From positions 36,084 to 100,083 of the forward strand of contig JAXHVD010000017.1 of NCBI GenBank assembly GCA_034189385.1: a stretch of DNA of 64,000 nt, read 5' to 3'. The notes below the pieces were generated by a model that was not told the DNA's origin, did not search any database, and saw only the letters and a program-made list of their open reading frames with translations. This document shows, piece by piece, positions 47,228 to 55,936 of the stretch; the first letter of the stretch is position 1, and every line of letters begins with the position of its first letter. The position numbers were made by a program, and so were the translations under genes. This DNA comes from Thermodesulfobacteriota bacterium. Its GTDB lineage: Bacteria; Desulfobacterota; Desulfobacteria; Desulfobacterales; C00003060.

Positions 47228-48493
47228 ATGTACGATTCTAATCAAAAGAAAGAACGCATTTTCCTCTCTCCTCCCCACATGGGAGGTGTGGAGTTTGAGT
47301 TCATACGCGAGGCCTTTGAGAGTAACTACATCGCTCCAGTGGGACCTCAGGTAGATGCCTTTGAAGAGGAGTTTTCCGAAAAGGTGGGCATTCCCCATGC
47401 CGTGGCCGTATCAAGCGGCACAGCAGCCATGCACCTAGCCATGCAGCTCTTGGGGGTAGGCCCAGGTGACGAGGTAATGGCATCTACGCTTACCTTTATA
47501 GGCAGTGTGACCCCCATTGTGTTCCAAGGGGCAACGCCAGTCTTTATTGATGCGGATCGCACTTCGTGGAACATGGACCCCAATTTCCTTGCTGAAGAGC
47601 TGGAAAAATGTGACAAGGCGGGACATTTGCCGAAGGCAGTGGTCCCCACAGACCTTTACGGACAGTGCGCTGATATGGAGAGGATTCTGAAAATCTGTGA
47701 GCCCTATGGCATTCCCGCGGTGGTGGATGCGGCAGAGGCAATCGGCGCAAAGCGCCGTGTCGAGGCTCAAGGCTCAAGGCTCAGGGCTCAAGGTTCAGAG
47801 TTTAATGTTGATGAAAAATGGGTGCATGCTGGGGCTGGCGCCAAGGCGGCGGTTTTTTCGTTTAATGGAAACAAGATTATTACAACCTCAGGTGGTGGGA
47901 TGCTGGCGTCACACGACAAGGAATTCATAGAACGGGCAAGGTTTCTCTCCCAGCAGGCCCGCGACGCTGCCCCCCATTATGAGCATTCCACTATTGGATA
48001 TAACTACCGAATGAGCAATGTCTTGGCTGCCATAGGCCGTGGCCAGCTCCTCGTGTTGGATGACAGGGTGGAAGCAAAGCGTAAGATATTTGACATTTAC
48101 AAGGAGGCCCTGAAAGATCTTGCCGGCATTGAATTCATGCCCGAGGCGCCATACGGGAGATCGAACCGCTGGCTCACGGTGATCTTGATCACCCCTGAGG
48201 CCTTTGGTGCAGACCGGGAAACGGTGCGCTTGGCCTTGGAGGCTGAGAATATCGAGTCAAGGCCGGTGTGGAAGCCGATGCATTGCCAACCTGTTTTTCA
48301 GGTTGAAGGTCAAAGCCGAAAGCTCAAAGGTGAAAGCAAGTGCCACAGCGCCTACAGGGCGAGGGTGGTGGGGGGAGCGGTGGCGGAGGATCTCTTTGAT
48401 CGGGGGCTTTGCTTGCCCTCTGGAACGGCCATGACGAGCAGTGATCTGGAACGGGTCATTGGGGTGATAAGGAAATGCTGTAAGTTTAGCTAG
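47228..48493 (+). CDS. DegT-family aminotransferase (PglE/EpsN-like) with two repeat-derived insertions
   Basis: 'IFLSPPHMG', 'SSGTAAMH', 'SFNGNKIITTSGGG', 'RPVWKPMH', 'LCLPSG'. Confidence 0.93.
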   Translation: MYDSNQKKERIFLSPPHMGGVEFEFIREAFESNYIAPVGPQVDAFEEEFSEKVGIPHAVAVSSGTAAMHLAMQLLGVGPGDEVMASTLTFIGSVTPIVFQGATPVFIDADRTSWNMDPNFLAEELEKCDKAGHLPKAVVPTDLYGQCADMERILKICEPYGIPAVVDAAEAIGAKRRVEAQGSRLRAQGSEFNVDEKWVHAGAGAKAAVFSFNGNKIITTSGGGMLASHDKEFIERARFLSQQARDAAPHYEHSTIGYNYRMSNVLAAIGRGQLLVLDDRVEAKRKIFDIYKEALKDLAGIEFMPEAPYGRSNRWLTVILITPEAFGADRETVRLALEAENIESRPVWKPMHCQPVFQVEGQSRKLKGESKCHSAYRARVVGGAVAEDLFDRGLCLPSGTAMTSSDLERVIGVIRKCCKFS

Positions 48494-48612
48494 CTAGTTA
48501 GCTGGTCCGCCCAGCAAACCGGCGGATAAACCCGCCTAGTAATCCGGCGGATAAATGAGCTGATGAGCTGGTGAGCATTCTAGCTATTGAGCTGATGAGC
48601 TGATAAGCTATT
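48487..48612 (+). repeat. AGCT array 3 with two nested 25-bp CCGCC-N9-GGCGGATAAA units
   Basis: Read directly; spans the gap between the convergent stop codons. Confidence 0.92.
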
Positions 48613-50513
48613 TATAGGACGCATTCTGTTTCCTGGGGCCTGTATTCGGGCACCAGTTCGTTTAGCTTCTCTTTGATGCCAGGGGCATCCTGGCTTCCTG
48701 CCAGTCGATAAAGATCATCCACGCCTTGGTATAGCCACCTACAAAATCCCTCCCTGTTACCATGGCCATTCCAACCCCCATTTGGCTTCAGGACCAGTAT
48801 CTTCTCATGGGGCGTGGGTGCGATCCCTTCATCTTCGGTGATGAGCTCTTCGTTGAGCTTTTCGCCCGGCCGGAGGCCGGTAAAGACGATTTCCACATCC
48901 CGATCGGGGTCCTTACCGGAAAGGCGGATGAGGTCCCGGGCCATGTCCACAATCTTGACGGGTGTTCCCATCTCCAAGACGAAGATTTCCCCTCCGTTGC
49001 CCAGGGCGCCTGCCTGAAGAATAAGCTGGCATGATTCCGGAACGGTCATGAAGTATCGCCTGACCTCCGGGTGCGTGACCGTCACCGGGCCGCCGCGAGC
49101 AATCTGTTGCCGGAAATGGGGGATAACCGATCCCGAAGATCCCATGACATTGCCAAAACGCACGGCCCGCATGCGGGTGCCGTTTGCCCGGAAAGACTGT
49201 AAGACAAGCTCACACACCCTCTTGCTGGCCCCCATGACATTGGTGGGCCGGACGGCCTTGTCTGTGGAGACCAGCACAAAGTCCTCTACCTTGTGTCGGA
49301 TGCTATGTTCCATGATCATGCGGCTGGCCCGTATATTGTTATTGACTGCCTGCCAGGGGTTTCGCTCCAGCATGGGCACATGCTTGTAGGCGGCCGCATG
49401 AAAGACGACCTGGGGTTTGTACCGACGGAACGTACTCTCCAAAACGGGCTCGTTTTGTATGCCTCCCAGGACGGCTGAACAGGGTAGGTCCCTGCAGCTC
49501 TGTTCCAGTTCCATGTGTATGTCGTAGAGATTCGGCTCAGAGGCATCGAGAAGAACCAGCCTTTCAGGGTGGAAGCGGGCGATCTGGCGGCATAGTTCAG
49601 AGCCAATAGACCCTCCTGCCCCGCTCACCAGGACCCGTCTCCCCTTGAGATACCCCTGGATCTGTTCGAAATGCAGATGGACGGGGGGCCGTCCTAGGAG
49701 ATCCCGGTAGTCCACGTCCCTTAGGGCCTTGATGCTTACGTGACCGTTAATGAGTTCTCCCATGCCCGGCAGGGTCTTATAGGGCAAACCGGATGCCTCA
49801 CAGGCCTCGACAATCCTGCGCATCTGCTTGCCCGTGGCCGATGGAACGGCAATGAGGACCTCGTCTGCCCGATACTTTTCCGCCACCTGCGGGAGGGACT
49901 CCACATTGCCCAAGACAGGCAGGTGATGGATAGCTCGCCCCATCTTTTTCGGGTCGTCGTCAATAAAACCCACCACGCGGTAGGAAAGCCGCGGATTGTC
50001 CCTTAATTCCCTGAGGGTCTTTTCGCCTGCGTCTCCAGCGCCGATGATCAGCAGCCGTCTGGCATGGTCATGATGGGATCTAAGGAAAGGGATGCGGCTG
50101 CTAGTGTCTTTGCGATGAAAGTAGAGCCTGATGCCGAGGCGTAATCCACCCACAAGAAAGAAGGTGAGCAGAATATCCATGACAAACACACTTCTCGGAA
50201 AGCCGTGAAAGCGAACGGTGATGAGGAGCGCAAGCACAATCATGGCAGAGCTGGCAAGACATGCCTTTGCCAGGTTTTCCAGATCTTGAACGCTGGTATA
50301 ACGCCACATCCCGCTGTACATGCCGAAAACCATAAAGCAGGCCAGTTTGAGAGGCACGATCCACGCGACTGTGTGCATCCAACTGGCGAAGAAGTTGGCA
50401 GGGATACTCCCGTCAAAGCGAAGATAGTAGGCAGCGTAGTAAGAAGTGGCGAGAAGGAGGGCGTCCACCAAAAGCATGATCCAGAAATTGCGGTTTTTCA
50501 GGATGTGAGGCAT
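48612..50513 (-). CDS. Membrane-bound NDP-sugar 4,6-dehydratase (PglF/CapD/WbpM family)
   Basis: N-terminal TMs, 'IIGAGDAG', 'GAGGSIGSE', 'HAAAYKHVP', 'STDKAV', 'MGASK', 'RFGNV', 'GLRPGEKL'. Confidence 0.95.
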   Translation of the reverse strand: MPHILKNRNFWIMLLVDALLLATSYYAAYYLRFDGSIPANFFASWMHTVAWIVPLKLACFMVFGMYSGMWRYTSVQDLENLAKACLASSAMIVLALLITVRFHGFPRSVFVMDILLTFFLVGGLRLGIRLYFHRKDTSSRIPFLRSHHDHARRLLIIGAGDAGEKTLRELRDNPRLSYRVVGFIDDDPKKMGRAIHHLPVLGNVESLPQVAEKYRADEVLIAVPSATGKQMRRIVEACEASGLPYKTLPGMGELINGHVSIKALRDVDYRDLLGRPPVHLHFEQIQGYLKGRRVLVSGAGGSIGSELCRQIARFHPERLVLLDASEPNLYDIHMELEQSCRDLPCSAVLGGIQNEPVLESTFRRYKPQVVFHAAAYKHVPMLERNPWQAVNNNIRASRMIMEHSIRHKVEDFVLVSTDKAVRPTNVMGASKRVCELVLQSFRANGTRMRAVRFGNVMGSSGSVIPHFRQQIARGGPVTVTHPEVRRYFMTVPESCQLILQAGALGNGGEIFVLEMGTPVKIVDMARDLIRLSGKDPDRDVEIVFTGLRPGEKLNEELITEDEGIAPTPHEKILVLKPNGGWNGHGNREGFCRWLYQGVDDLYRLAGSQDAPGIKEKLNELVPEYRPQETECVL

Positions 50514-50518
50514 TGTTT

Positions 50519-50627
50519 TAGCTTATAAGCTGTTCCGTCCAGCAAACCGGCGGACAAGCCCGCCTAGTAAGCCGGCGGACAAGTAAGCTAGTAAGCTGTT
50601 GAGCCAGTAAGCTGCTGGACTGATAAG
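50519..50627 (+). repeat. AGCT array 4 with two 25-bp units
   Basis: Read directly; abuts the dehydratase start codon. Confidence 0.88.
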
Positions 50628-50887
50628 GGCCTATTCGCCTACCAGCCTGGGTGCTTTCGGGCCCTGGAAAATGGCACAATACACCGCGCTTTGCTAGTTA
50701 AAGATAATTATATATAATTATATTAATGTCAAGATAATTTTGACTTGGCGTGGCTGTACGCAGGAGAGGGGCGCATATTATGATGGTAATAACAATGGGT
50801 TGTACGTATTGATCCGTCTGGACAGGATGTGCTCAAAGGCATATCTTGGAGCAAGAACAAGCGTGGAGGGGCCGCAAGGGACCTGTT

Positions 50888-51013
50888 TAGCTGGTGAGCT
50901 ATTTAGCTGGTAAGCTATTAAGCTGATGAGCTGGTCCGCCAAGCAGACCGGCGGATAAACCCGCCCAGTAAGCCGGCGGATAAACCCGCCTAGTAAGCCG
51001 GCGGATAAATGAG
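50888..51013 (+). repeat. AGCT array 5 with three 25-bp units
   Basis: Read directly. Confidence 0.92.
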
Positions 51014-51174
51014 AAGTAAGGGCCTTGTTTTTCCAGTTGACCCGTAACGGTTTTAGTGTTATGTTAATGCTGTTACGGAAAAAGCATAATTTGACGGACT
51101 AAACAACCTTGTTTTGAGCCGGGGTGCGGGACCATTTTTTAGGACGGCGAAATCGGACAGTCGGGAACGTCTAC

Positions 51175-52308
51175 ATGAAGAATCCTTTCATCTATGGCGG
51201 CCTTGTTTTCGGTAGTCATTTTGCCGATAGGCAACGCGAGCTTTCTGAGCTAACGGCCGAAATGAGTAATGGAGGTAAGGTCTTCTTGATTTCGCCCAGA
51301 CGCATGGGCAAAACATGCCTGCTGAAAAACCTGCAACGGAAGATGGAAATGGAGGGCTTCTTCACCGCCTATGTGGATCTTTATCGTGCTCCCACGCTAA
51401 GGCATTTCACCGAGCTATATGCAAAAGCGGTTGTAGAAGCCGTGGAAGGCAAGATTGAGAAGATGGTGAAGGCCATCCCCAGGCTCCTTCCGGGCTTTCG
51501 ACCGAAACTTGAGCCAAGTCCTGACGGGACAATCTCGTTCTCGGTGGAGTACGTTGCCAGGGAGAAGGAGGTCTTTCAAGTATTGACCGAAGTCCTTGAG
51601 TATCCTGAAAAAGCATCGGTCAAGAAGAGCAAACCGTTTGTCGTTGTTATTGACGAATTTTCAGATATCACTAAATACAACGGTGAGGATGTTGAAAAAG
51701 CTATTAGAGCAGTGGTTCAAACCCACCAGCAGGTGGGCTATATTTTTTCTGGTTCCAAAAGGTCGGTGATACATGACATGGTAAAGGACAGGACACGGGC
51801 CTTCTATCGCATGGGCTCAGCCATGGAATTGAGCCCCATCCCGCGTGACTTGTTTCGTCCCTTTATGGAAAGCTGGTTTGGCAAAGGGGGCTATGACCTT
51901 GGAGAGGGCGTGGTTGACCTTGTTTTTGAAAAAGGCCGCGATGTGCCTTACAACATTCAGCGTATTGCTCACAATATTTGGGAAGATGCAAGGGAGTCTA
52001 AAAAGATAGAAGAAGACCTGGTCGAAAAAGCGGTAGGGACAATCATCCGCCAAGAGTCCATGCACTACGAAGCCTTCTGGGACGGCACACCTCAAAAGCA
52101 ACGGGAGGTCCTCATCGCCTTGGCTAGTGATGAGCCTGCCAGCCTTTTCTCACAGGAGTTTCTGCAAAAATGGCGGCTTGGTGTTTCATCGCTCCAGTCC
52201 TCTATTAAGGCCCTGGAAAACAAGGGGGTGTTGGAAAGGGGGAAACAAGGAAAATGCAGGTTCGATGATGAGTTCTTTCGTCTCTGGATTGTGCGAATGC
52301 CTGATTAG
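51175..52308 (+). CDS. AAA/archaeal-type ATPase with C-terminal wHTH-like region
   Basis: 'MKNPFIYG', 'FADR..E', Walker A 'SPRRMGKT', Walker B 'VVIDEF', 'FSGS'. Confidence 0.88.
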   Translation: MKNPFIYGGLVFGSHFADRQRELSELTAEMSNGGKVFLISPRRMGKTCLLKNLQRKMEMEGFFTAYVDLYRAPTLRHFTELYAKAVVEAVEGKIEKMVKAIPRLLPGFRPKLEPSPDGTISFSVEYVAREKEVFQVLTEVLEYPEKASVKKSKPFVVVIDEFSDITKYNGEDVEKAIRAVVQTHQQVGYIFSGSKRSVIHDMVKDRTRAFYRMGSAMELSPIPRDLFRPFMESWFGKGGYDLGEGVVDLVFEKGRDVPYNIQRIAHNIWEDARESKKIEEDLVEKAVGTIIRQESMHYEAFWDGTPQKQREVLIALASDEPASLFSQEFLQKWRLGVSSLQSSIKALENKGVLERGKQGKCRFDDEFFRLWIVRMPD

Positions 52309-52559
52309 TGATTGAGGTGGTCCGCCAAGCAGACCGGCGGATAAATAAGCTGATGAGCTGGTTAGCTATTAAGCTGATGAGCTAGTTAGCTATTAAGCTG
52401 ATGAGCTAGTTAGCTATTAAGCTGGTAAGCTGATGAGCTGGTAAGCGATTGAGGTGGTCCGCCAAGCAGACCGGTGGATAAACCCGCCTAGTAAGCCGGC
52501 GGATAAACCCGCCTAGTAAGCCGGCGGATAAACCCGCCTAGCAAACCGGCGGATAAATG
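52305..52559 (+). repeat. AGCT array 6 with five 25-bp units
   Basis: Read directly. Confidence 0.93.
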
Positions 52560-52561
52560 TC

Positions 52562-52912
52562 CTAAAGGTCGACAAAATCAATGGTGTATGGCTCCATCCC
52601 TGATGGGTGTTTCGTGGCATAATCCTTGAGGGCCTCTGCAACAAGAGAAAATCTATCCCCTGGGATGGTATGGGGAACAATGAGTACCCCGCAGTGCGGG
52701 CGGAGTTCATTAAAGAACTGAACGGTCAGACGGATAAAGTCATCTCGATTTCGGGTGACAAGGGTCCTGTTCTCTGAGACTGCATATTCCAATTGCTCTC
52801 TATCCAGTGCCTGGGTCATACTCACCTCGTGGGCACTCATTACATTGACTGCATATTTTCTCAAGATTTCTGCAACTTTTGGACTTATGTCTTCATCAAG
52901 GTAGTACTTCAC
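52562..52912 (-). CDS. DUF5615 (PIN-like) putative toxin
   Basis: 'KYYLDEDIS', 'LVTRNRDDF', 'HCGVLIV'. GTG start at 52912. Confidence 0.85.
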   Translation of the reverse strand: MKYYLDEDISPKVAEILRKYAVNVMSAHEVSMTQALDREQLEYAVSENRTLVTRNRDDFIRLTVQFFNELRPHCGVLIVPHTIPGDRFSLVAEALKDYATKHPSGMEPYTIDFVDL

Positions 52913-53333
52913 GAGACTTCGTTCCGGCAAGAAAGGGATAGGTTCTGTGAGTGCTTTCCTTTGTCCACCCTTTATTCTGATCTATGAGAGCATCAATTTC
53001 TTTTGGGTACGCCCGATAGTAGCCTAATGCGGCTCTGAGCTGCAAATCGTTGAGCCAGTGGTACGCAGAGCGCAGGCGGTCAAAATCCTCATTTACACTT
53101 TTGTGCGTGGCGATCACCTCCCACACCTCCAGGCCGGTGCCGGCAATTCGCGCCCTGCGGCCCGTTACCCCTTCGGCGAAGACGATGCCAGGACAGCGAT
53201 GCATTCTAATTGCCTCTTGAAGCAGCTCTTTTGTAATGGTGGAGAAGTCCTTTCCTGATCGTTCTGCAATGCCCTGAATTTCGGCAACTATTTCCTTTGG
53301 AATCCTCATGCTCTTTTGAATACTCGCCATCAT
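52896..53333 (-). CDS. DUF433 antitoxin with RHH-like N-terminus
   Basis: 'QKSMRIP', '[15 protein letters not shown]', '[14 protein letters not shown]'. Confidence 0.85.
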   Translation of the reverse strand: MMASIQKSMRIPKEIVAEIQGIAERSGKDFSTITKELLQEAIRMHRCPGIVFAEGVTGRRARIAGTGLEVWEVIATHKSVNEDFDRLRSAYHWLNDLQLRAALGYYRAYPKEIDALIDQNKGWTKESTHRTYPFLAGTKSREVLP

Positions 53334-53400
53334 GACCTCCACGGGGACAATGTGTATGACACCACACTACGATGCATTGCACCGCATGTCAAGCCGATTT

Positions 53401-53557
53401 GGCTATTTAGCCATTTAGCTGTTAAGTTAGTAAGCTATTTAGCTGTTGAGCTGGTCCGCCTAGTAAGCCGGCGGACAAGCCCGCCAAGCAGACCGGCGGA
53501 TAAACCCGCCCAGTGAGCCGGCGGATAAACCCGCCCAGTAAGCCGGCGGATAAATGA
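53401..53557 (+). repeat. AGCT array 7 with four 25-bp units
   Basis: Read directly. Confidence 0.92.
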
Positions 53558-53618
53558 GGCTTTACGGTGAAACGGAAACCCGGTTGAGGCTTTTGCAACC
53601 GTCTCGCATTAATGCAAT

Positions 53619-54029
53619 TCAGGGGATGATGGTGAACCCGGCTGTCACAAAATGCCGGTCAAAGCAGAAAGCTTGTTCAATACCGGTTTGGCGCATCACG
53701 GCAAAACTGACTGCATCGGTGTAGCTGAAAACCTGATCTCGGTATTTTCGCAGGATATCTTCGGCAGTTCCTTCCAACAGGCTGTCCGAATAGATTTTGA
53801 TGACCCGGGGACTGGCTGCAATACTTTCCAGAAAGCTGATAGCGGGTTCGTGGCCCATGGCTCGGCGTATGAGGATATAGGTTTCGGCAACAACGAGATT
53901 GGTTGTTGTCAAGTGGTATTCACTGAGGAGATTCGGATAGACCTTGACAGCCTCTTTGTGATGTTGATCAGATCTGTCGGCCAGAGCAAACCACGCACCC
54001 GTGTCCACAAATATATCGCCTTTTTTCAC
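53619..54029 (-). CDS. vapC: VapC PIN-domain toxin
   Basis: 'IFVDTGAW', 'VVAET', 'SYTDAVSFAVM', 'FDRHF'. Confidence 0.9.
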   Translation of the reverse strand: MKKGDIFVDTGAWFALADRSDQHHKEAVKVYPNLLSEYHLTTTNLVVAETYILIRRAMGHEPAISFLESIAASPRVIKIYSDSLLEGTAEDILRKYRDQVFSYTDAVSFAVMRQTGIEQAFCFDRHFVTAGFTIIP

Positions 54030-54038
54030 CCTGTTCTC

Positions 54039-54281
54039 CTATTCCTCCGAGATCAAGTAGTCATCATGCCTTTGTCCAATGTCCTTTTTCCCTGAGGCCC
54101 CAAGGTTCATAATGTCCAGTGCGGGATCTTTTTCAGGTGGAATGCCAGCGATAAACTCGGAGACGCATGAGCGGATGAGGGCGGCCTTGGACTTTCCACT
54201 GTTCTTGGAAATAAGACCAATAATCTTGTCCTGTTGGGGATCCAAATAGATCTGAATGGGGATCTTCTTTTGCTTTTTCAT
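54039..54281 (-). CDS. vapB: RHH/CopG-type antitoxin
   Basis: 'PIQIYLD', 'SKAALIR', 'HDDYL'. Directly upstream of vapC. Confidence 0.82.
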   Translation of the reverse strand: MKKQKKIPIQIYLDPQQDKIIGLISKNSGKSKAALIRSCVSEFIAGIPPEKDPALDIMNLGASGKKDIGQRHDDYLISEE

Positions 54282-54363
54282 GGCATCATTCTCCGCATGT
54301 CTAATTAATGCTATATACATAACATGCTATATAAAATAGTGATTGTCAATTACAAAATGTGAT

Positions 54364-54510
54364 GGCTGGTCCGCCCAGTAAGCCGGCGGATAAATGAGCT
54401 GGTGAGCTAGTTAGCTATTAAGCTGGCCCGCCTAGTAAGCCGGCGGATAAACCCGCCTAGCAGACCGGCGGATAAATAAGCTGATGAGCTGGTAAGCGAT
54501 TGAGCTGGTC
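54364..54510 (+). repeat. AGCT array 8 with three 25-bp units
   Basis: Read directly. Confidence 0.92.
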
Positions 54511-55342
54511 CGGCTTTGCGGTGAGACTGATGCCTGTTTGAAGGGGGCGCATGGAAGGAGTCAAAAAGTTGGCACCTGGCTCATTCTTCGCCACATCAAT
54601 ATATTAGATCAAGCTTAGGCCCGGCTTGTATCAAAAGTTGGCACTAAGGCATTTTACATACATATCAGTCAGTTGAGGTCCATTTATGGGGAGCACGTCA
54701 AAAACTTCTGCTGATTGACCGGCCTGGACGGCCAAGAAGGGGCGGCTGAGGAGGTCGTCTCCGATAGGTCCTTATCTGAGCGTGTGACGTTCTGCACACA
54801 TTTATTTGGTTAGAAACTGAACGGTTAGGTCCCCTCCATAAGAAGAGGGCGGGGCACCCCGGTGCCAAAGGGGGCTCGGAAAGGCGAGAGTGGCACCTTT
54901 TTCGCATAGGCTATGGCGTTTAAAACTTTGCATAACTGCTTTGAGCGGCCATTGCAAGCTTTTTGGGGAACCCATTCCGGCGCAGCGAACGGCCCACGTT
55001 AGTGGGCAAATCCTAAACTGTTTGAGGCCGTTAGGCAGAGTATGAGCGCAAAGCTTCACTGCGCTCCGCTCCGTGTTAGGATTTAGTAAGCAAGTCGGCA
55101 TATGGGTCAAAAAGCTTGTAGGAGGAAGCGAAAATAGGTTGTGCAAAGGTTTCCCCTTATTCCTGTTAGAGGCTAATCGGCAAGCGGGCGATTAGCCTTT
55201 TTTTACACAGCCGGGTGAATGCCCCGAAGAACTCATAGGAACGATTGAGAAGAGGTTCTGCAAAGGTCCCGTAACATCGTTAACCGAGAGCGGCAGATGT
55301 GGCAAGAGGGCAGACTCACTTTCTCTCAGTTGTAGAAACAAA

Positions 55343-55774
55343 TATTCACCGCAAAGGCGCGAAGAGCGCAGAGTGTATTTTTCTTTATGTTTTCCGCTGA
55401 GACGCCGGAAAACATAAAAAAGCTATCGCCTACGGCGAACAGAAACGGATCGAGATCAGGCATTTTAGCTGTATTTACATATGGTTCCGGTGAAAGATGG
55501 CTGACGTTCATTAGCTCCTTGTTGTGAAGATAAATAATCACCGCAAAGGCGCGAAGAGCGCAGAGTCTATTTTACTTTATGTTTTCCGCTGAGACGCCGG
55601 AAAACATAAAAAAGCTATCGCCTACGGCAAGAAGAAGGGCATATTCACCGCAGAGACGCAGAGTTCGCAGAGCCAGTCCTACTTTATGTTTTCCACCGGT
55701 AACAGGCTATTAAGCTAGTGAGCTAATGAGCTAATCAGCTTTGCGCCCTTTGCGTCTCGAGCGTAGCGGGCGGT
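55343..55774. repeat. Composite repeat region: duplicated ~100-bp hairpin unit plus AGCT array 9 (55705-55740)
   Basis: TCACCGCAAAGGCGCGAAGAGCGCAGAG...TATGTTTTCCG-CTGAGACGC-CGGAAAACATA at 55346 and 55538, with a third variant at 55645. Confidence 0.88.
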
Positions 55775-55936
55775 GGCCTCATGTCTAAATGTCAATGATC
55801 TCATCAGTAGCTGGGGCCTGCCTCGTTGGCCGAAGGCCTTCACTGGGGCGCCCTCAGCATCTACGCGGTAAATACCCAAGCAGGCGAAGACAAGCGTTTT
55901 CCATTGTCGCCTGAACGAATATATTGGAGAGTGTTA

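Noticed and set aside
54891..54907. Sigma54-like TGGCAC-N5-TCGCA
   Set aside because: GG-N10-GC spacing fits, but the -12 box is imperfect and the next gene is about 1 kb away across repeats; not supportable alone.
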